A stretch of DNA of 64,000 bases from positions 8,263-72,262 of the forward strand of contig JAKEEG010000012.1 in the NCBI GenBank assembly GCA_022616555.1, read 5' to 3'. This stretch comes from Ignavibacteriota bacterium. Lineage in GTDB: Bacteria; Bacteroidota; Ignavibacteria; UBA10030. The notes under the pieces are model-generated. The model saw only the letters and a list, made by a program, of their open reading frames with translations. It ran no database searches and had not been told where the DNA came from. Position numbers and translations under genes: made by a program. Below are positions 8,105-19,600 of this stretch, piece by piece (the first letter of the stretch is position 1; every line of letters begins with the position of its first letter).

Positions 8105-9166
8105 CTATCTAATATGCGAAATAATTTCATCAGTCATGTGTCGCGTCGTGAGTGTGCCGCCCAAATCGGCGGAGCGGGCGCCGCGTGCGATCGCCGTCTC
8201 AACTGCCGACTCAATTGCGCGCGCTTCATTTTCCAACTTAAGCGAATATCTCAGCAGCAACGCGGCACTGAGTATGGCACCAACGGGGTTTGCAATACCC
8301 TTCCCGGCGATGTCGGGCGCGGAGCCGTGAATCGGCTCGTACACGCCGGGTCCGCCGTCGCCTAGCGACGCGGAGGGAAGCATCCCCATGGAGCCGGCAA
8401 GCATCGAAGCCTCGTCGGTGAGTATATCACCAAACATATTTTCAGTAACGAGCACATCAAAGTTTGCCGGACTCGAGATCAATCGCATTGCCGCGGTGTC
8501 CACCAGCATGTGGTCGAGTGCGATGTCCGGATGCTTTTCTTTTACTGTATTAGCTGTTTGCCGCCAGAGGCGGGACGACTCCAGCACGTTAGCTTTATCA
8601 ACCGAGGTCACTTTTTTTCTGCGTCCTCGTGAAAGTTCGAACGCGAGTTTCACGACACGTTCGATCTCGTAATCGTGATACACCAACGTATCTACGGCGC
8701 GGACATAGCCATTTACACGTTCGCGGACACGCGGCTCGCCAAAATACAATCCGCCGGTCAACTCACGAACCACAAGGACATCGACATCCTTGAGTCTCTC
8801 ACTTTTAAGCGGCGAAATTTCAAGCAATGACTGATATGTTTTAACCGGGCGCAGATTTGCATACAGCCCAAGCCCTTTGCGAAGTCCGAGCAAGCCTTGC
8901 TCGGGTCGTACCTTGGCGTTCGGGTCGTCCCACTTAGGTCCTCCTACTGCACCCAGAAGCACTGCATCGGATGATTTGCAGGCATTCAGCGTTTGGTCGG
9001 TCAGTGCACTTCCGGTAGTATCTATCGAGATACCGCCGATAGGATACTCTGAATACTCGAACGCATGTCCGAACTGTTTAGCAATGGCATTGAGTGCGCG
9101 CACCGCCTCTGCAGTCACTTCCGGACCAATACCATCACCGCCCAATACAACGATACGTGCTTTCAT
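8105..9166 (-). CDS. leuB: 3-isopropylmalate dehydrogenase
   Basis: [51 protein letters not shown]. Confidence 0.95.
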   Translation of the reverse strand: MKARIVVLGGDGIGPEVTAEAVRALNAIAKQFGHAFEYSEYPIGGISIDTTGSALTDQTLNACKSSDAVLLGAVGGPKWDDPNAKVRPEQGLLGLRKGLGLYANLRPVKTYQSLLEISPLKSERLKDVDVLVVRELTGGLYFGEPRVRERVNGYVRAVDTLVYHDYEIERVVKLAFELSRGRRKKVTSVDKANVLESSRLWRQTANTVKEKHPDIALDHMLVDTAAMRLISSPANFDVLVTENMFGDILTDEASMLAGSMGMLPSASLGDGGPGVYEPIHGSAPDIAGKGIANPVGAILSAALLLRYSLKLENEARAIESAVETAIARGARSADLGGTLTTRHMTDEIISHIR

Positions 9167-9180
9167 AAATGTGCGAAGTG

Positions 9181-10056
9181 TTATTTCGACTGAGAACTGA
9201 TAATTGTGCTGAGTTCTTTCGAACGCCGCGTTGCCGTCGCCACCGCATTGATCAGCATTGAGCGCAAGCCGTGTGATTCCAATTCGTGAATCGCGTTAAT
9301 AGCGGCTCCAGCCGGCGTTGTAACTTGATCGCGCAGAATGGCTGGATGTAAACCAGACGCTTTGACAAGTGTCGCTGAACCCAAGACAGTCTGTATCGCC
9401 AATTTAGTTGAGATGTCGCGAGATAACCCCATCTTAACACCGCCATCAATAAGCGCTTCGATGACCATGTAAATATAGGCAGGACCACTACCGCTCAAAC
9501 CTGTAACGGCATCGAGCTGTTCTTCGGCGACAACGACAACTTCGCCGACCGCTTCGAAAATTGAAATCGCAACGCGTTGGTGTTCTTCCGAAACGTTTTT
9601 ACCGAACGCGAGTGCCGTTGCTCCTTCATCGACAGTCGAGGCAATGTTCGGCATGGTGCGGACAACTGGGAGCGCTTTACCGATACGCTCGGTCAGGAAT
9701 TCAATTGTGATACCTGCGGCGATGGAGATAAGCAGATGGCCGTCTCGCAGCGAGGGTTTCATTTGTTCAAGTACGGCAGGCACGGTTTGCGGCTTCACGC
9801 ACAGCAAGATGATTTCCGAAGCTTCCACTGCTTCACGTAGGTTCAGCGTGTGGGCTACCTGCCACTGCGCGCTGAGTTGTTGGAGCTTGTCCAGATGCAC
9901 GCCGCACGCCGTAATCTTTTCACTCGGTGTGAGGCGCGCGTTGATGACGCCCTTCATCAGGGCTGAACCCATGTTTCCCGCCCCAATAATCGCTATCGAG
10001 CGGTTTAAGACGTGATGCTTAGCGGTCTGCGTTGAGTGTTGTTGTGTCGTTTCCAT
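9181..10056 (-). CDS. proC: Pyrroline-5-carboxylate reductase
   Basis: [42 protein letters not shown]. Confidence 0.93.
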   Translation of the reverse strand: METTQQHSTQTAKHHVLNRSIAIIGAGNMGSALMKGVINARLTPSEKITACGVHLDKLQQLSAQWQVAHTLNLREAVEASEIILLCVKPQTVPAVLEQMKPSLRDGHLLISIAAGITIEFLTERIGKALPVVRTMPNIASTVDEGATALAFGKNVSEEHQRVAISIFEAVGEVVVVAEEQLDAVTGLSGSGPAYIYMVIEALIDGGVKMGLSRDISTKLAIQTVLGSATLVKASGLHPAILRDQVTTPAGAAINAIHELESHGLRSMLINAVATATRRSKELSTIISSQSK

Positions 10057-10072
10057 ATTCGCCTCTCTTCAA

Positions 10073-10660
10073 CTATCTCCTGAGTGTTTCAAATTCGAAA
10101 ATTCGGTCTGTGAACTGCATAAGGTACCCCAATTCATCGACGCCGTTCAGCAAGCATGTTTTCGAGAAATTATCGACTGGAAAGATGATCTGCTTTCCGT
10201 TCGGCAATGCGAGCGATTGCGATGCAAGGTCGATTGTTACTGTCGCCTTCGGATTTTCCTCAAGCAGGACACAAAGCTCATGATGAACAGCAACATCGAC
10301 TGTGACAGAAAGCAGACCGTTCTTCAACGCATTACTACGGAAGATGTCCGCGAACGAGGTGCTGATAACTGCGCGAAAGCCGAAGCCGCGCAATGCCCAG
10401 GGCGCGTGCTCGCGCGAAGACCCGCACCCGAAATTATCTCCTGCTAACAAAACTTCAGCACCGGCGTGCTCCGGTTTATTCAACATAAAATCCGATTTCG
10501 GTGAGCCGTCAGCATTGTACCGCCAGTCGGCGAACAAGTTCTGGCCTAACCCTAGCTTATCCGTCACCTTGAGGAACCGCGCAGGGATAATCTGGTCGGT
10601 GTCCACATCATTGATGAGCAACGGAACAACACGCGATGTATATGGAGGAAAGTGCGACAT
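10073..10660 (-). CDS. leuD: 3-isopropylmalate dehydratase small subunit
   Basis: [37 protein letters not shown]. Confidence 0.95.
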   Translation of the reverse strand: MSHFPPYTSRVVPLLINDVDTDQIIPARFLKVTDKLGLGQNLFADWRYNADGSPKSDFMLNKPEHAGAEVLLAGDNFGCGSSREHAPWALRGFGFRAVISTSFADIFRSNALKNGLLSVTVDVAVHHELCVLLEENPKATVTIDLASQSLALPNGKQIIFPVDNFSKTCLLNGVDELGYLMQFTDRIFEFETLRR

Positions 10661-10663
10661 TGT

Positions 10664-12076
10664 TTAATCTTTCAAAAGTGTTCGAACATCCGTAATTTTT
10701 CCCGTTACTGCGGTTGCCGCCGCCGTCAACGGCGAAGCGAGGAACGTGCGCCCACCTTTCCCTTGCCGCCCCTCAAAATTCCTGTTGCTGGTGGAAACAG
10801 CATACTGTCCGGGTTCCAACTGGTCGCCATTCATCGCAATGCACATTGAACAGCCTGCCTCACGCCACTCCGCCCCGGCATCTGTGAAAACGCGGTGGAG
10901 ATTTTCAGCCTCTGCCTGACGTTTCACATCCTGCGAGCCGGGCACAACCAACACGCGGACGTTAGGCGCGACTTTTCTATCTTTTAATAATGCAGCAGCT
11001 TGACGCAAATCCGAGATGCGGGAATTCGTGCAACTCCCGATGAACACAACATCAACCGGCTTTCCGAGTAGAGGCTGACCCGGCTGTAAGCCCATGTACT
11101 TCAGTGATTTCTCTAGCGCTAATTTTTGAGATGTATCGCTAACTCGAGCAGGATCCGGTACGCGATCGGAGATCGCCATTCCCATACCGGGGTTTGTCCC
11201 GTACGTAATCATCGGGCTGAGCGAGTTCGCATCGATGGTGATTGTTTTGTCAAACCTCGCTCCCTCATCGGTCTTTAGTGTACGCCAATGTGTAGGACTT
11301 TCCTCCCACGCTTTGCCTTTGGGTGCATATTCCCGATTTGCAATGTACGCGAACGTAACATCGTCCGGTGCAACCATGCCAGCGCGTGCGCCGCCTTCGA
11401 TTGACATGTTACAGATGGTCATGCGCTGCTCCATCGAGAGCGAGCGAATGGCGCTACCACAATACTCAAACACATGCCCCGTACCGCCGCCAACACCAAT
11501 CTTCGCCAGCAGCGCGAGAATGATATCCTTTGCAGAGACACCTTGCGCAAGTGTACCTTCTACGCGGACTTCAAACGTCTTCGGCTTGCGCTGCAACAAA
11601 CACTGTGTCGCAAGCACATGCTCGACTTCGCTTGTCCCAATACCAAACGCGAGTGCGCCGAACGCCCCGTGTGTGGACGTATGGCTATCGCCGCAGACGA
11701 TGGTCATGCCGGGCTGCGTGAAGCCCAACTCCGGACCGATGACGTGCACGATGCCGCGATGAGGGCTGTCCAACCCGTACAACCGAATGCCGAATTCACT
11801 CGCATTGCGTTCCATCTGCTGAATCTGCTTCGCTGCAAGCGGGTCGGCAATAGGCAATACTGGCGTGAGCGTTGGAATGCTATGGTCAACAGTCGCAACG
11901 GTTTTATCGGGACGCCGTACTTTCAGTGCACGTTTGCGAAGGCCATCAAACGCTTGCGGCGACGTCACTTCGTGGACAAGATGCAGGTCGATATACAATA
12001 CAGCAGGAGAATCCGGTTCCTGCGCAACGACGTGCGAATCCCAAATTTTTTCGAATAATGTTTTCGGTTCGTTCAT
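10664..12076 (-). CDS. leuC: 3-isopropylmalate dehydratase large subunit
   Basis: [47 protein letters not shown]. Confidence 0.96.
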   Translation of the reverse strand: MNEPKTLFEKIWDSHVVAQEPDSPAVLYIDLHLVHEVTSPQAFDGLRKRALKVRRPDKTVATVDHSIPTLTPVLPIADPLAAKQIQQMERNASEFGIRLYGLDSPHRGIVHVIGPELGFTQPGMTIVCGDSHTSTHGAFGALAFGIGTSEVEHVLATQCLLQRKPKTFEVRVEGTLAQGVSAKDIILALLAKIGVGGGTGHVFEYCGSAIRSLSMEQRMTICNMSIEGGARAGMVAPDDVTFAYIANREYAPKGKAWEESPTHWRTLKTDEGARFDKTITIDANSLSPMITYGTNPGMGMAISDRVPDPARVSDTSQKLALEKSLKYMGLQPGQPLLGKPVDVVFIGSCTNSRISDLRQAAALLKDRKVAPNVRVLVVPGSQDVKRQAEAENLHRVFTDAGAEWREAGCSMCIAMNGDQLEPGQYAVSTSNRNFEGRQGKGGRTFLASPLTAAATAVTGKITDVRTLLKD

Positions 12077-12085
12077 AGCCCCACT

Positions 12086-13636
12086 TCAGACTGCAACAGA
12101 TGTTTGTTGTTCGGCTTCTTTTTTACGTTTCGATGCGACGAGGAAGCGATTCAGCGCCTCGAGGTATGCTTTCGCGCTCCCCGTGATGATGTCCGTGCTC
12201 ACCGCCCGCCCGTTGTACAGTACGCCGTTGAACTCCGCGCGCACAAATACTTCACCGATAGCGTCTCGGCCTAAACTGACTGATTTGATGGAGTATTCCG
12301 TTAGCTTTCCGGTCACTCCGGTAATTCGCTCAATCGTTTTGTAGGCAGCGTCTACCGGGCCGTCGCCCGTCGCTGAATCGACGAACCGCTGGTCGCCAAG
12401 CCGAAGTTCGAGCGTCGCTGTCGGGCGCACGTTCGTCCCGCTGCTTACCTGAATAGTTTCCAGTTGGTAATAGTCATCCACATCGCCCACCCGGTCTTCG
12501 ATGATCGCGATGAGGTCTTCATCGAAAATTTCCTTCTTCTTATCCGCGACCGTGCAGAATGCTTGGTACGCGCGGTCGAGTTCATCCGCCGGTAATTCAT
12601 ATCCTAATTCCGCGTAACGCTGTTTCAGCGCGTGGCGGCCGGAATGTTTGCCCAGCACTAATGTACTATGTTTGATCCCCACCGACTGCGGCGTCATAAT
12701 CTCGTAGGTAATGGGGCTTTTGAGCATCCCGTCTTGATGAATTCCTGCTTCATGTGCAAACGCATTCGCACCCACGATGGCTTTGTTCCTTTGCACCAAC
12801 ATGCCCGTCAAGCTGCTGAGCAGTTTGCTGGATTTGTAGATTTCGTGCGTGTCGATGTTTGTTTCAATACCGAGCTTTTCACCCCGGGTCTTTATCGCCA
12901 TGACGATTTCTTCGAGTGAAGCGTTGCCGGCGCGTTCACCAATGCCGTTCACTGTGCACTCGATCTGGCGTGCGCCGTTATGGACAGCCGCGAGTGAGTT
13001 CGCTACCGCAAGTCCTAGATCGTTGTGACAGTGCGCGCTGAGGATAACGTTGTCAACTCCGGGAACCCGCCGTCGTATTTCGCTGAACATCGCGCCGTAC
13101 TCCTCGGGCAATGCATACCCTACAGTATCAGGCAGATTGATGACAACCGCGCCGGAGTCAATAGCTGCGGCAACAAGTTCGCACAGGAAATTGATATCGC
13201 TGCGTGAAGCATCTTCGCAGGAGAATTCGACATTGTCGCACAGAGACTTTGCATACTTCACGGCTGTCACCGTATCAGTAAGCACCTGCTCGCGCGTCTT
13301 CTTGAGTTTATGCTTGAGATGGATGTCCGACGTTGCGATGAACGTATGAATGCGCGGGTGTTTGGCATATTGAATCGCTTCCCAGGCACGATCGATATCC
13401 TGCTTCACCGCACGAGCAAGCGCAGCGACGGTAGACTGCTCAACGGTCTTGGCGATGAACTGGACCGCCTCAAAATCCCCTGCGGATGCAATCGGGAAGC
13501 CGGCTTCGATGACGTCGACACGAAGGTGTTCAAGTTGACGCGCCATGCGAACTTTTTCCTCCAGGTTCATACTGCAACCCGGGGACTGCTCGCCATCTCG
13601 CAGCGTCGTATCGAAAATATGGACGCGGTGTTCCAT
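12086..13636 (-). CDS. leuA: 2-isopropylmalate synthase
   Basis: [36 protein letters not shown]-terminal regulatory domain (GDGPVDA). ATG 13636 has an AAGGAG RBS; the ORF-track start 13699 is too far upstream. Confidence 0.95.
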   Translation of the reverse strand: MEHRVHIFDTTLRDGEQSPGCSMNLEEKVRMARQLEHLRVDVIEAGFPIASAGDFEAVQFIAKTVEQSTVAALARAVKQDIDRAWEAIQYAKHPRIHTFIATSDIHLKHKLKKTREQVLTDTVTAVKYAKSLCDNVEFSCEDASRSDINFLCELVAAAIDSGAVVINLPDTVGYALPEEYGAMFSEIRRRVPGVDNVILSAHCHNDLGLAVANSLAAVHNGARQIECTVNGIGERAGNASLEEIVMAIKTRGEKLGIETNIDTHEIYKSSKLLSSLTGMLVQRNKAIVGANAFAHEAGIHQDGMLKSPITYEIMTPQSVGIKHSTLVLGKHSGRHALKQRYAELGYELPADELDRAYQAFCTVADKKKEIFDEDLIAIIEDRVGDVDDYYQLETIQVSSGTNVRPTATLELRLGDQRFVDSATGDGPVDAAYKTIERITGVTGKLTEYSIKSVSLGRDAIGEVFVRAEFNGVLYNGRAVSTDIITGSAKAYLEALNRFLVASKRKKEAEQQTSVAV

Positions 13637-13658
13637 AAGGAAAGATCTCCTTGTCGAT

Positions 13659-13904
13659 TTATAAAAACATGTCGTTGATTTGCCGAGTGATTTCCGCACG
13701 GGATTTGATTTCTCCGAACTCCAACTCCAGCTCGGATAAATACCGCGAGCGAATCTCCGCCAGTTTCTTGTACGCCGACTGCACGTTCACGTCGGCAACG
13801 CCTGACATGCGAACCTGCAGGGAATCCATAACAACCTTCTCCTCCTGCACAAAACGCTCGAACACGTCGGCTAGTGTGTGTGTTGTTCTCTGTTTCGCAA
13901 TCAT
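13659..13904 (-). CDS. Hypothetical 81-aa helical protein
   Basis: Fills the cimA-leuA gap. ATG is 4 nt after the cimA stop. No family recognised. Confidence 0.6.
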   Translation of the reverse strand: MIAKQRTTHTLADVFERFVQEEKVVMDSLQVRMSGVADVNVQSAYKKLAEIRSRYLSELELEFGEIKSRAEITRQINDMFL

Positions 13905-13908
13905 GGCA

Positions 13909-15537
13909 TTATCTCACATAGGTAATAGTAATGGGATCATGTGAATTCGATCGCTCTTTGGTGACACCGTCTGCTCCGGTTTTCAGCAGATGGTAATACA
14001 CGCTGTCAACTAATGCTTTCCAGCTTGCCTCGATAATATTTGTTGAAACACCGACGGTATTCCACGCGCCCTGTCCATTTTTTGTCGTGATGAGCACCCT
14101 GACTTTCGCACTTGTTCCATCCTGCCCATCCAACACACGGACTTTATAATCAGCGAGCTGCATATTTTTCAGCGCCGGGTAGAATTTCTCGAGCGCTTTC
14201 CGCAGTGCGTTATCCAACGCCGCGACGGGGCCGTTACCCTCGGCTGCGGTGTGTTCAATTTCATTTCCAACGCGAACTTTGATGAGCGCCTCGGAAACCG
14301 GGTATGCTTCCTTCGCTTCCTTGTGAATAATGACTTTGAACCCCTCGAGTTCAAAAAACTCCTTCCACTCCTGTGCGCGGCGTTTAATCAACAGCTCCAA
14401 TGAACCGTCAGCGTCCTCATACTGGTACCCGTTAAATTCTTTCAGCTTGATATCTTCAACAATCTCCTGCGCGGCTTTTGTATTGCCTTGCAAGTCAATG
14501 CCCAACTCTTGCGCCTTGTACACAACGTTGCTCCTGCCGGAAAGGTCCGACACCAACACGCGCCGCTGATTTCCGACAACCTCGGGTGCGATATGTTCGT
14601 ACGTCTCCGGGGTCTTCATCACTGCGCTCACGTGGACACCACCCTTGTGAGCGAACGCGCTTGCGCCAACATACGCCAAATGTTTGCGCGGCGCGAGGTT
14701 AGCCAGCTCACTCACTGCGAGAGCAAGTCCGGTTAATTTTTTCAACTTTTCTTCTGAAACACAGCTATGACCGAGCTTCAGTTGCAGGTTCGGGATAATC
14801 GCGCAAAGGTTCGCATTCCCACAGCGCTCACCATAGCCGTTGATTGTACCTTGCACGTGTACTGCGCCTTCTTTGACTGCGGCGAGCGTGTTTGCCACAG
14901 CCACCTCGCTATCATTGTGCGTGTGGATGCCAAGAGGAACATTCACTTGTTGCTTCACATCGCGCACGATGGCACTGACTTCATCCGGCATAGTGCCGCC
15001 GTTCGTATCGCAGAGTACGATGACGTCCGCGCCGCCGCGTTCCGCGGCGGCAAGCGTCTGCAACGCATACTCCCGGCTTCCTTTGAAGCCGTCGAAGAAG
15101 TGCTCCGCATCGTATACCACTTCTTTGCCCTTTGACTTGAGATAGGCAACCGATTCCTCAATGACTGCAAGATTCTCCGATTCTGTAATCTGCAATGCGT
15201 GCTTCACGTGCAACAACCACGTCTTACCGAAGATCGTCACCACTGGAGTCTCCGCCTCAATGAGCGCTTGGAGGTTAGGGTCTTCAGCAACATTATTCTT
15301 CGGCCGGCGCGTACTGCCGAACGCGGCAATTTTCGCGTGCTTTAACTTCAGTTCCTTGGCACGGTTGAAAAATTCCAGGTCGCGTGGATTTGAACCGGGC
15401 CAGCCACCCTCGATATAATGAACGCCAAAATCATCCAGCAAACGGGCAACCCGCAGTTTATCCTCGACGGAAAACGAGACGTCCTCGCCTTGCGTCCCGT
15501 CCCGAAGCGTCGTGTCGTAGAGGAAAATATTTTTCAT
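13909..15537 (-). CDS. cimA: Citramalate synthase
   Basis: [52 protein letters not shown]. Confidence 0.9.
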   Translation of the reverse strand: MKNIFLYDTTLRDGTQGEDVSFSVEDKLRVARLLDDFGVHYIEGGWPGSNPRDLEFFNRAKELKLKHAKIAAFGSTRRPKNNVAEDPNLQALIEAETPVVTIFGKTWLLHVKHALQITESENLAVIEESVAYLKSKGKEVVYDAEHFFDGFKGSREYALQTLAAAERGGADVIVLCDTNGGTMPDEVSAIVRDVKQQVNVPLGIHTHNDSEVAVANTLAAVKEGAVHVQGTINGYGERCGNANLCAIIPNLQLKLGHSCVSEEKLKKLTGLALAVSELANLAPRKHLAYVGASAFAHKGGVHVSAVMKTPETYEHIAPEVVGNQRRVLVSDLSGRSNVVYKAQELGIDLQGNTKAAQEIVEDIKLKEFNGYQYEDADGSLELLIKRRAQEWKEFFELEGFKVIIHKEAKEAYPVSEALIKVRVGNEIEHTAAEGNGPVAALDNALRKALEKFYPALKNMQLADYKVRVLDGQDGTSAKVRVLITTKNGQGAWNTVGVSTNIIEASWKALVDSVYYHLLKTGADGVTKERSNSHDPITITYVR

Positions 15538-15540
15538 CGA

Positions 15541-16599
15541 TTAGTCCTTTTTCCAATTCTCTGGCCGTAATGACCGGACAGCCGCGCCGGCTTTCCACAT
15601 TTCGGATTGTTTCCACTCGTCCAGCTCGCGTTGGAGCTTTTCGCGGTAATCCGGGCTGCTACAGCTATCGAGCACGCGTTTCGTCTCGACTCCTTTTTTC
15701 ACGTTGTCATACAATTTTGTGAAGAGCGGCTTGACTGCTTCTTCGAACTGCTTCGACCAATCCAACGCGCCACGCTGCGCGGTTGTGCTGCAGGAGGCAA
15801 ACATCCAATCCATGCCGTTCTTTCCGATCAGCGGGTACAAACTCTGCGTTGCTTCTTCCACAGTCTCGTTAAAAGCTTCGCTTGGGGAGTGCCCCATCGC
15901 GCGCAGAGTTTCGTACTGCGCTTTCATCACCCCCGCAATAGCTCCCATCAATACGCCCCGTTCGCCCGTGAGGTCGCTGTACACTTCTTTTTCGAATGTC
16001 GTGGGAAACAAGTATCCCGAGCCGACTGCAATGCCCAGTGCAATTGCTCGTTCGCGTGCGCGGCCTGTAGCATCTTGATGGATTGCAAAGCTCGCGTTAA
16101 TGCCGCTGCCAGCGAGATAGTTCGATCGCACGGTACGCCCTGCGCCTTTCGGAGCAACGAGGATCACATCAACGTCAGGAGGCGGAATTATTCCCGTTTG
16201 TTCCTTGAACACCACAGAAAATCCATGAGAAAAGTACAACGCCTGGCCTTTCGTGAGATTTCGCTTGATTGCAGACCATTGGTCTTTCTGACCTGCGTCG
16301 GAGAGCAGATATTGCACCACCGTCGAGCGGCGGGCAACCTCTTCGATGTCGGAGAACAACGTTTTGTCTTCTACCCAGCCGTCCTTCAGCGCATCGTTCC
16401 ATCCCTTCCCGCCTTTGCGCTGGCCAACGATAACCTTGATACCGTTATCGCGCAGGTTGAGGGATTGACCAAATCCCTGCGGACCGTAGCCGATGATGCC
16501 GACAACTTCGTTCTCCAAAACTTTTTGTGCTTTCGAAAGCGGAAATTCTTCACGTGTTACGACTTCTTCTTTCACTCCTCCAAAATCAATAAGAGCCAT
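15541..16599 (-). CDS. ilvC: Ketol-acid reductoisomerase (Bacteroidota/fungal-like type)
   Basis: IGYGPQG, LYFSHGFS, VAPKG, EVYSDLTGERGVLMG, CSTTAQRGALDW. Confidence 0.93.
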   Translation of the reverse strand: MALIDFGGVKEEVVTREEFPLSKAQKVLENEVVGIIGYGPQGFGQSLNLRDNGIKVIVGQRKGGKGWNDALKDGWVEDKTLFSDIEEVARRSTVVQYLLSDAGQKDQWSAIKRNLTKGQALYFSHGFSVVFKEQTGIIPPPDVDVILVAPKGAGRTVRSNYLAGSGINASFAIHQDATGRARERAIALGIAVGSGYLFPTTFEKEVYSDLTGERGVLMGAIAGVMKAQYETLRAMGHSPSEAFNETVEEATQSLYPLIGKNGMDWMFASCSTTAQRGALDWSKQFEEAVKPLFTKLYDNVKKGVETKRVLDSCSSPDYREKLQRELDEWKQSEMWKAGAAVRSLRPENWKKD

Positions 16600-16616
16600 G
16601 GTATTCTCCTTACATA

Positions 16617-19600
16617 CTACAGAATGCTCTGAGGTTGTTGTACAGTTGTTTTTTCTTGTTTGGGGGCTAAGACATCATGTTGCCTCGGCGATACCTTGCG
16701 GAACATCGGCAGGTAATCCTGCCAATTCATTAATATCTCGTGTGCGCGGGTACTGCCAGTCGCTTCGAGATGGCGATAGATCATCGACTGGAGCAACCGT
16801 TGTTCTTCCTGGTCTTCAACAGGTAGTACATCGACAAGCTCGGTGTTACACTTCCATGTGAAATCTCCAAGCAGGTCAAGTACATAGGCGACGCCGCCTG
16901 TCATCCCCGCGCCGAAGTTTCTGCCGACAGTACCAAGCACAACGACGGTCCCTTGCGTCATGTATTCACAGCAGTGGTCGCCGGCGCCTTCGACGACGGC
17001 GAGCGCTCCGCTGTTGCGAACGGCAAGCCGCTCCCCGGCACGCCCAGCAGCAAACAGCGCTCCACCCGTTGCTCCGTAGAGCACCGTATTTCCGACAATC
17101 ACTTCCTGCGCTGCGTGTACCCTGCCCTGCGGTGGAGCGACAATAATTTCCCCGCCAGACATGCCTTTGCCCACATAGTCGTTCGCCTCGCCTGTTAACA
17201 CCATTTTAATGCCATGCACAAGGAATGCTCCGAAGCTCTGCCCTGCGCTTCCCATAAATCGCAATTCAATCGTATGCGACTCCAATCCACGATCGCCGTA
17301 CAAGTACGCGATCTCACCAGAGAGCTTCGTGCCAACAGCGCGATTGGTATTGCGAATTTTATAATTCCTGACGACGGAGACCTTCTCGCGCAATGCATTC
17401 TTCACATCCTGTAGAATCGTATCATCAAGCGGTTTATCGGGCCTGTCGTTGCGGTACCAAATGCGCAGGCGCTGATCGCGCTCATAATCCCTACGCGTAA
17501 GAAGTCCGCTTAAGTCAACAGTATTCGCTTTTACATGGTCACGGATAGTCTTTTGCTTCAGTAAATCCGTACGACCGATAATTTCGTTGAGCGAGCGGAA
17601 GCCAAGCTCCGCCAAAATCTGCCTTACATCTTCCGAGACAGCGTTGAAATACTCGATGAGCATCTCCGGCTTGCCGTCAAAACGCGCGCGCAATTTTTCA
17701 TCCTGTGTCGCAATGCCGACCGGGCATGTATTGAGATGGCATTGTCGCACGTATCGACAACCGAGCGCGATGAGCGCTCCCGTGCCGAAATTAAATTCCT
17801 CCGCACCGAGCAATGCAGCAATGACAATATCCCGACCAGTTTTTAGCCCACCATCGACACGGAGTGTGACGCGCTCTCGCAAGCCGTTCATCACCAACAC
17901 CTGCTGTACCTCAGCCAAGCCCAACTCCCACGGCGCGCCGGCATTTTTGATAGAACTCAGAGGGGATGCACCCGTTCCGCCTTCATGTCCACTTATGAGA
18001 ATCACATCCGCATACGCTTTGGCAACGCCGGCTGCTATCGTCCCAACACCCGCTTCGGAGACAAGCTTCACACAAACACGCGCGCGCGGGTTAGCCTGCT
18101 TCAGGTCGTAAATCAACTGCGCCAAATCCTCGATACTGTAGATATCGTGATGCGGCGGCGGCGAGATTAACGAAATGCCGGGCACCGCTTTGCGCAAGCG
18201 AGCTATGAGCGGGGAAACTTTTCCAGCTGGGATTTGTCCACCCTCGCCCGGTTTCGAGCCTTGCGCCATTTTGATTTCAAGCTCTTTCGCGCTGGCAAGA
18301 TACTCAGCGGTGACGCCAAAGCGCGCAGAAGCGACTTGTTTAATGGCGCTGTTCGCCCAGTCGCCGTTTGGCAACATCTTATATCGACGCGGGTCTTCGC
18401 CGCCCTCGCCGCTGTTGCTCTTGCCGCCGATACGGTTCATGGCAATTGCGATCGTCTCGTGGGTTTCCGGCGAAAGCGCCCCGAGCGACATCGCCGCAGT
18501 GGTAAAGCGCTTCCGGATGTCTTCAACCGGCTCGACCTCCACAAGCGGCACGGGACGATTGATTTTCTTGGTCGTCAGTAAATCTTTTATGCCAAACGGC
18601 GCCTGCTCGCCGATGGCGTTTTTTAAATGATAATATTCTTCGTGGTTGCCTGATTCCCGCAATCGTTGCATAGCTCGCAATGCGTCCGGCGACCAGGCGC
18701 GACGCTCGCCGTTCTTGCGGAAGCGGTACATTCCTTCATCGACAAGCGAGGGCTGCTGCGATGAAAATCCCAGTGCGTGCCGCTCTAAAGCCTCGCGCGC
18801 AATGTCGCGCAGGCTTAATCCTCCAATGCGCGAAGGCGTACCGGTAAAGTGCTGGTCGATGACCTCGCGGGCAATGCCTATTGCCTCAAAAATTTGTGCA
18901 CCGCGATACGAGCCTAACAGCGAGATGCCCATCTTTGAGATGACTTTTAAAATTCCCTGTTCGAGCGCGGAGCGGAAATTTCTCAACGCCTCATCGACTG
19001 TGACATTCTTTAGCTCACCTGCTTCCATCATCGCTCGGATAGTTTCGCATGCGAGGTACGGGTTGACTGCATTCGCGCCGTACCCTACCAGTGTCGCGAT
19101 GTGGTGTACCTCGCGAGGCTCTCCTGTTTCAGCTACGACACTTAACTTGAGTCTCTTGTTTTGCCGTACCAAATGATTGTGAACCGCGCCGACGGCAAGC
19201 AAAATCGGAATAGGGGCTAACTCATCATTCACACCCCGGTCGCTCAGCACGACGAGGAATTTCCCTTCGTCCGCCGCGCGCTCAGCGCCCGTGCAGAGGC
19301 CCTGTAAGGCGTGCTCCAATCCATCTTCGCCTTCACGCACACTGAACAATGCTTTGAGCGTTGTCGATAGAAACGCAGGGTCTTCGAGCGTACGCAAGCG
19401 CTCGAGCTCCTCCTCGAGGAGAATCGGGCTGGCAAGCTCGACCTGTTTTGCGTGCTCAGGGCCCTCACCGAACCAGTTGCGGCGGTAACCCAGTTTGCTC
19501 GTCAGCGACATCACCAACCGCTCGCGTATCGGGTCGATGGGTGGGTTGGTGACTTGTGCAAACTGCTGCCGGAAATATGACGGCAGCAACTTCGGCAGTT

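Noticed and set aside
15607-16632. 341-aa + strand ORF
   Set aside because: Exact antisense shadow of ilvC; no recognisable motifs.
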